Below are positions 60,287 through 64,000 of a stretch of DNA of 64,000 nt, piece after piece. This DNA comes from Burkholderiales bacterium (GTDB taxonomy: Bacteria > Pseudomonadota > Gammaproteobacteria > Burkholderiales > Burkholderiaceae_C): positions 91-64,090 of the forward strand of contig JBBRFW010000006.1 in assembly GCA_038241255.1 (NCBI GenBank). Direction: 5' to 3'. The notes under the pieces are model-generated. The model made no database searches and was not told where the DNA came from. It was given only the letters and a program-made list of their open reading frames with translations. Each line of letters starts with the position of its first letter. The first letter of the stretch is position 1. The position numbers and the translations under genes were made by a program.

Positions 60287-61015
60287 ATGAGAGACATGCA
60301 ACGCAGGGATTTCATTCGTCGCCTCGGCGCCGCCGGCCTGCTGGGGTTCGGCGTCGTGCCGTCCGCCTTCGCCGCCGCCGACATCAAGCCCGACGCCAAG
60401 AGCGCGCTGCTCGTCATCGACGTGCAGAACTGCTTCGTCACCGGCGGCACTCTGCCCGTGAAGGACGGCGAGCAGGTCGTGCCGATCATCAACAAGCTCT
60501 CGGCCGCGTTCGAGAACGTCGTCGTCACGCAGGACTGGCACACGGCCGGCCACGTCTCGTTCGCGTCGGCGCACGCCGGCAAGAAGCCGTTTGAGACGAC
60601 CAAGCTGAACTACGGCACGCAGGTGCTCTGGCCCGACCACTGCGTGCAGGGCTCCCAGGACGCGGCCCTGCTCAAGGACCTGGCGCTGCCGAAGGCGCAG
60701 CTCATCATCAGGAAGGGCTACCACCAAGGCACCGACAGCTATTCCGCCTTCATGGAAGCCGACGGCAAGACTTCGACCGGCCTGGCCGCCTACCTGAAGG
60801 CGCACGGCGTCGACTCGGTCTACGTGTGCGGCCTCGCCACCGACTTCTGCGTCGCCTGGACCGCGCTCGACGCGAGGAAGGCCGGCTTCAAGGCCGCGGT
60901 GATCGAGGACGCGTCGCGCGGCATCGACCTCAACGGCTCGCTCAAGGCGGCGTGGGACAAGATGGCCAAGGCCGGCGTCAAGCGAATCCAGTCGAGCGAC
61001 ATCGTCGTTGCCTGA
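60287..61015 (+). CDS. pncA: nicotinamidase/pyrazinamidase with Tat signal peptide
   Basis: QRRDFI Tat motif plus AFA cleavage site; IDVQNCF, TQDWH, LWPDHCVQG, RKG..DSYSAF, GLATDFCV. Confidence 0.93.
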   Translation: MRDMQRRDFIRRLGAAGLLGFGVVPSAFAAADIKPDAKSALLVIDVQNCFVTGGTLPVKDGEQVVPIINKLSAAFENVVVTQDWHTAGHVSFASAHAGKKPFETTKLNYGTQVLWPDHCVQGSQDAALLKDLALPKAQLIIRKGYHQGTDSYSAFMEADGKTSTGLAAYLKAHGVDSVYVCGLATDFCVAWTALDARKAGFKAAVIEDASRGIDLNGSLKAAWDKMAKAGVKRIQSSDIVVA

Positions 61016-61040
61016 GCCGCGGCCGACGCCTATGAGCCGA

Positions 61041-61329
61041 TCAGCGTTTCGCATGCAGGCGCGCCGCCCCGTAGGTGGCGCCTGCCGCGCCGTAGCGCTC
61101 CGCATGCGGCGCGGCCGCCGCGAGCTCGAACGAGTCGCCGGGTCGCAGGTGGCGCGGCGAGCGGCGCTCGGTCAACCACATCTCGCCGGCGACGCCGAGC
61201 GCTTTGACCAAGAACGGGTGCTCGTGCCGTTCGATCACCGCGCACGGCGGCCAGTGGCACGGCACGACCTCGTCGTAGCCCTCGCGTCGCGCCGCTGTTT
61301 TCGAACGCGCTGAAACTGGGTGCTTCCAT
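61041..61329 (-). pseudogene. small cupin-domain protein, frameshifted
   Basis: MEAPSFSAFE continues as TAARREGYDEV...HEHPF...GEMWLT...LRPGDSF...PHAERYG only if one A is removed from the minus-strand run at 61298-61301. Confidence 0.7.
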
Positions 61330-61400
61330 CGTCGCTCCCACCTCCGGGTCATGATCTCGCGACCGACCTTCGCCACTGGTTCCCTTCTTCAGGAGATTCC

Positions 61401-62600
61401 ATGCTGAACCCCATCGCCCGCCTCGCGTTCATGGGCGCCCTCCTCGGCGCGGTCGCTTCGGCGCACGCGCAGGACACGATCAAGATCGGCGAGATCAACA
61501 GCTACAAGGCGCAGCCCGCTTTCCTCGACCCGTACAAGAAGGGCTGGGAGCTCGCCGTCGAGGAGGTCAACACCGCCGGCGGCGTGCTCGGCAAGAAGCT
61601 CCAGGTGATCTCGCGCGACGACAACGGCAGTCCCGGCGACGCGGTGCGCGTCGCCGAGGAACTGGTCTCGCGCGAAGGCGTGGCGCTCATCGCCGGCACG
61701 TTCCTGTCGAACACGGGCCTCGCGGTCACCGACTTCGCCAAGCAGAAGAAGGTGTTCTTCCTCGCCGCCGAGCCGCTCACCGACAAGATCACGTGGCAGA
61801 ACGGCAACCGCTACACCTTCCGCTTGCGCCCGAACACTTACATGCAGTCGGCGATGCTGGTGCCCGAGGCCGCCAAGCTGCAGAAGAAGCGCTGGGTCGT
61901 GGTCTACCCGAACTACGAGTACGGCCAGTCGGCCGCGGCCACGTTCAAGGCGATGCTGAAGAAGCTCCAGCCCGACGTCGAGTTCCTACCCGACCAGGCG
62001 ACTCCCCTCGGCCGCATCGAGGCGGGCGCGGTCGTGCAGGCGCTCTCCGACGCCAAGCCCGACGCGATCTTCAACGTCCTGTTCGGTGCCGACCTGTCGA
62101 AGTTCGTGCGAGAGGGCAACACGCGCGGCCTGTTCAAGGACCGTCCGGTCGTGAGCCTCCTGACCGGCGAGCCGGAGTACATCGAGCCGCTGCGCGAGGA
62201 GGCGCCAGTCGGCTGGATCGTGACCGGCTACCCGTACTACGGTATCCAGACCGAAGAGCACAAGAAGTTCTTTCTCGCCTACTTCCGCAAATACAACGAG
62301 TACCCGAAGCTCGGCTCGGTGGTCGGCTACTCGACCATCATCTCGATCGCCGAAGGCATCAAGAAGGCGAAGTCGACCGAGACCGAGAAGCTCATCGCGG
62401 CGTTCTCGGGGCTCACGTTCATGTCGCCGATGGGCAAGGTTACCTACCGCGCGATCGACCACCAGTCGACCATGGGTGCTTACCTCGGCAAGACCAAGCT
62501 CGAAGGGCAGAAGGGCGTGATGACCGACTACGTCTACCTCGATGGCGCCAAGTACCTGCCGAGCGACGACGAGGTCCGGAAGCTGCGGGCGATCGACTGA
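61401..62600 (+). CDS. ABC transporter substrate-binding protein (LivJ/K-like, probably nicotinate)
   Basis: Signal peptide, IKIGEINSYK, GGVLG, RDD, YTFRLRP, NYEYG; AGGAG RBS. Confidence 0.92.
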   Translation: MLNPIARLAFMGALLGAVASAHAQDTIKIGEINSYKAQPAFLDPYKKGWELAVEEVNTAGGVLGKKLQVISRDDNGSPGDAVRVAEELVSREGVALIAGTFLSNTGLAVTDFAKQKKVFFLAAEPLTDKITWQNGNRYTFRLRPNTYMQSAMLVPEAAKLQKKRWVVVYPNYEYGQSAAATFKAMLKKLQPDVEFLPDQATPLGRIEAGAVVQALSDAKPDAIFNVLFGADLSKFVREGNTRGLFKDRPVVSLLTGEPEYIEPLREEAPVGWIVTGYPYYGIQTEEHKKFFLAYFRKYNEYPKLGSVVGYSTIISIAEGIKKAKSTETEKLIAAFSGLTFMSPMGKVTYRAIDHQSTMGAYLGKTKLEGQKGVMTDYVYLDGAKYLPSDDEVRKLRAID

Positions 62601-62694
62601 CGATCGAACCGCGCTGGCCATTGTCCTGAGCGCAGCGAGGGTCTCGTGCCCGCGCCGAGGCCATCCGGGTGACTGACGCTCGGCCCACGATTCC

Positions 62695-64000
62695 ATGAGC
62701 GCCCTCGTCCTCCAGGTCCTGACCGGCCTCGCCTCAGCCTCGGCGCTGTTCCTCGTCGCCAGCGGCCTCTCGCTCATCTTCGGCGTGACGCGGATCGTCA
62801 ATTTCGCGCACGGCTCGTTCTACATGCTCGGCCTGTATGGCGCCGTCGCGCTCACCGCGGCGTGGGGCGCCGGGCCGCTCGGTTTTTGGGGCGGCGTGAT
62901 GCTCGCCGCAGCGTCGGTAGCTGCCCTCGGCGCGCTGCTCGAGGTGCTCGTCCTGCGCCGCCTTTACGGCGCGCCCGAGCTGTACCAGCTGCTCGCGACC
63001 TTCGCGCTGGTCCTCGTCATCCGCGATGCGGCGCTCTGGGCGTGGGGACCGGAGGACCTGCTCGGCCCGAAGGCGCCGGCGATGAAAGGCGCGATCGAGA
63101 TTCTCGGCAAGCCGTTCCCGAGCTACGACGTGCTCTCGATCTTCATCGGCCCCCTCGTCCTCGGCGCCCTTTGGCTGCTGCTGACGAAGACGCGCTGGGG
63201 GCTGCTCGTTCGCGCCGCGACGCAGGACCGCGAGATGGTCGGCGCGCTCGGCGTCAACCAGCGCTGGCTGTTCACCTCGGTGTTCGCGCTAGGCACCTTC
63301 CTCGCCGCGCTCGGCGGCGCGCTGCAGATGCCGCACGAGCCCGCGAACCTGAACCTCGACCTGGCGCTGATCGGCGAGGTGTTCGTCGTCGTCGTCGTAG
63401 GCGGCATGGGCTCGATCGGCGGCGCTTTCGTGGCCGCGATCCTGATCGCGATGGTGAAGGCGTTTTGCATCGCGGCCGGCACCATCGACGTCTTCGGCGC
63501 GCCCTTTCCGCTAAGCAAGCTGACGCTCGTCGCCGAGTTCCTGGTGATGGCGATCGTCCTCGTCTGGCGGCCGTCGGGCCTGTTCGGCAAGCCTCAGGCG
63601 GCGGTGCGCGCGGCGGCCGAGATCGAGGCGCCGCTCCGACCGCTGCCGCGCCCTTGGCGCCTGGCCGGCCTCGCGGCGATCGTCGCCCTCTCCGCGGTGG
63701 CCTTGCTCGCCGGCCCGGCGCCCTACGCCGTCGTGCTGATGATCGACGTGCTTATCGCCGTGCTCTTCGCGGCCAGCCTGCACTTCCTGATGGGACCGTC
63801 GGGCATGCACTCGTTCGGCCACGCCGCCTACTTTGGTCTCGGCGCCTACGGCGCGGCGCTCTGCTTCAAGGCGCTCGGTCTGCAGATGGAAGCCTCGCTG
63901 GCCCTCGCGCCGCTGCTCGCGATGTTGGGTGCGCTCGTGTTCGGCTGGTTCTGCGTTCGCCTCTCCGGCGTCTACCTGGCGATGCTGACGCTCGCCTTCG
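62695..64000 (+). CDS. fused LivH-LivM type ABC permease (partial, runs off the window)
   Basis: ASGLSLIFGVTRIVNFAHGSFYM, GGMGS, then SFGHAAYFG and SGVYLAMLTLAF in one frame. Confidence 0.9.
   Translation, partial: MSALVLQVLTGLASASALFLVASGLSLIFGVTRIVNFAHGSFYMLGLYGAVALTAAWGAGPLGFWGGVMLAAASVAALGALLEVLVLRRLYGAPELYQLLATFALVLVIRDAALWAWGPEDLLGPKAPAMKGAIEILGKPFPSYDVLSIFIGPLVLGALWLLLTKTRWGLLVRAATQDREMVGALGVNQRWLFTSVFALGTFLAALGGALQMPHEPANLNLDLALIGEVFVVVVVGGMGSIGGAFVAAILIAMVKAFCIAAGTIDVFGAPFPLSKLTLVAEFLVMAIVLVWRPSGLFGKPQAAVRAAAEIEAPLRPLPRPWRLAGLAAIVALSAVALLAGPAPYAVVLMIDVLIAVLFAASLHFLMGPSGMHSFGHAAYFGLGAYGAALCFKALGLQMEASLALAPLLAMLGALVFGWFCVRLSGVYLAMLTLAF

Noticed and set aside
1-64000. CRISPR arrays, prophage, integrase/transposase, tRNA genes
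   Set aside because: No regularly spaced direct repeats, mobile-element or phage protein motifs, or tRNA cloverleafs seen by eye

Overview
GC-rich (about 70%) betaproteobacterial chromosome segment, probably Burkholderiales of the Rubrivivax/Caldimonas/Piscinibacter type (inferred from gene content and synteny). It opens with the 3' end of an rRNA operon (23S tail, 5S, terminator). Next come accessory and metabolic genes: amn, dadA, a BCCP-carboxyltransferase, a NUDIX-MBL fusion, and a ppk2-icmF-CaiB operon preceded by a LiuR-type palindrome. A core block follows (coaX, hslVU, a STAS protein, dksA, COG0523, corC, lnt, glyQS, gmhB, plsC). Then comes a long liuR-aceK acyl-CoA/leucine catabolic operon with no methylcrotonyl-CoA carboxylase or canonical isovaleryl-CoA dehydrogenase in this window, but with an uncharacterised DUF2868/DUF3482 membrane protein-GTPase pair. 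The window ends with a TetR-associated nicotinate/nicotinamide cluster: Mo-hydroxylase, 6-hydroxynicotinate reductase, ApbE-like UPF0280, a Tat-signal nicotinamidase, an ABC transporter and a divergent fpr. I found no CRISPR array, prophage or transposase. Best leads: (i) the GTPase plus putative membrane-anchored pseudo-GTPase pair, (ii) an attenuator-like chain of coupled small ORFs at 4241-4850, (iii) possible Hnr flavinylation and electron supply in the nicotinate cluster, and (iv) LiuR-linked ppk2-icmF. All family assignments come from motif recognition by eye; no searches were run.
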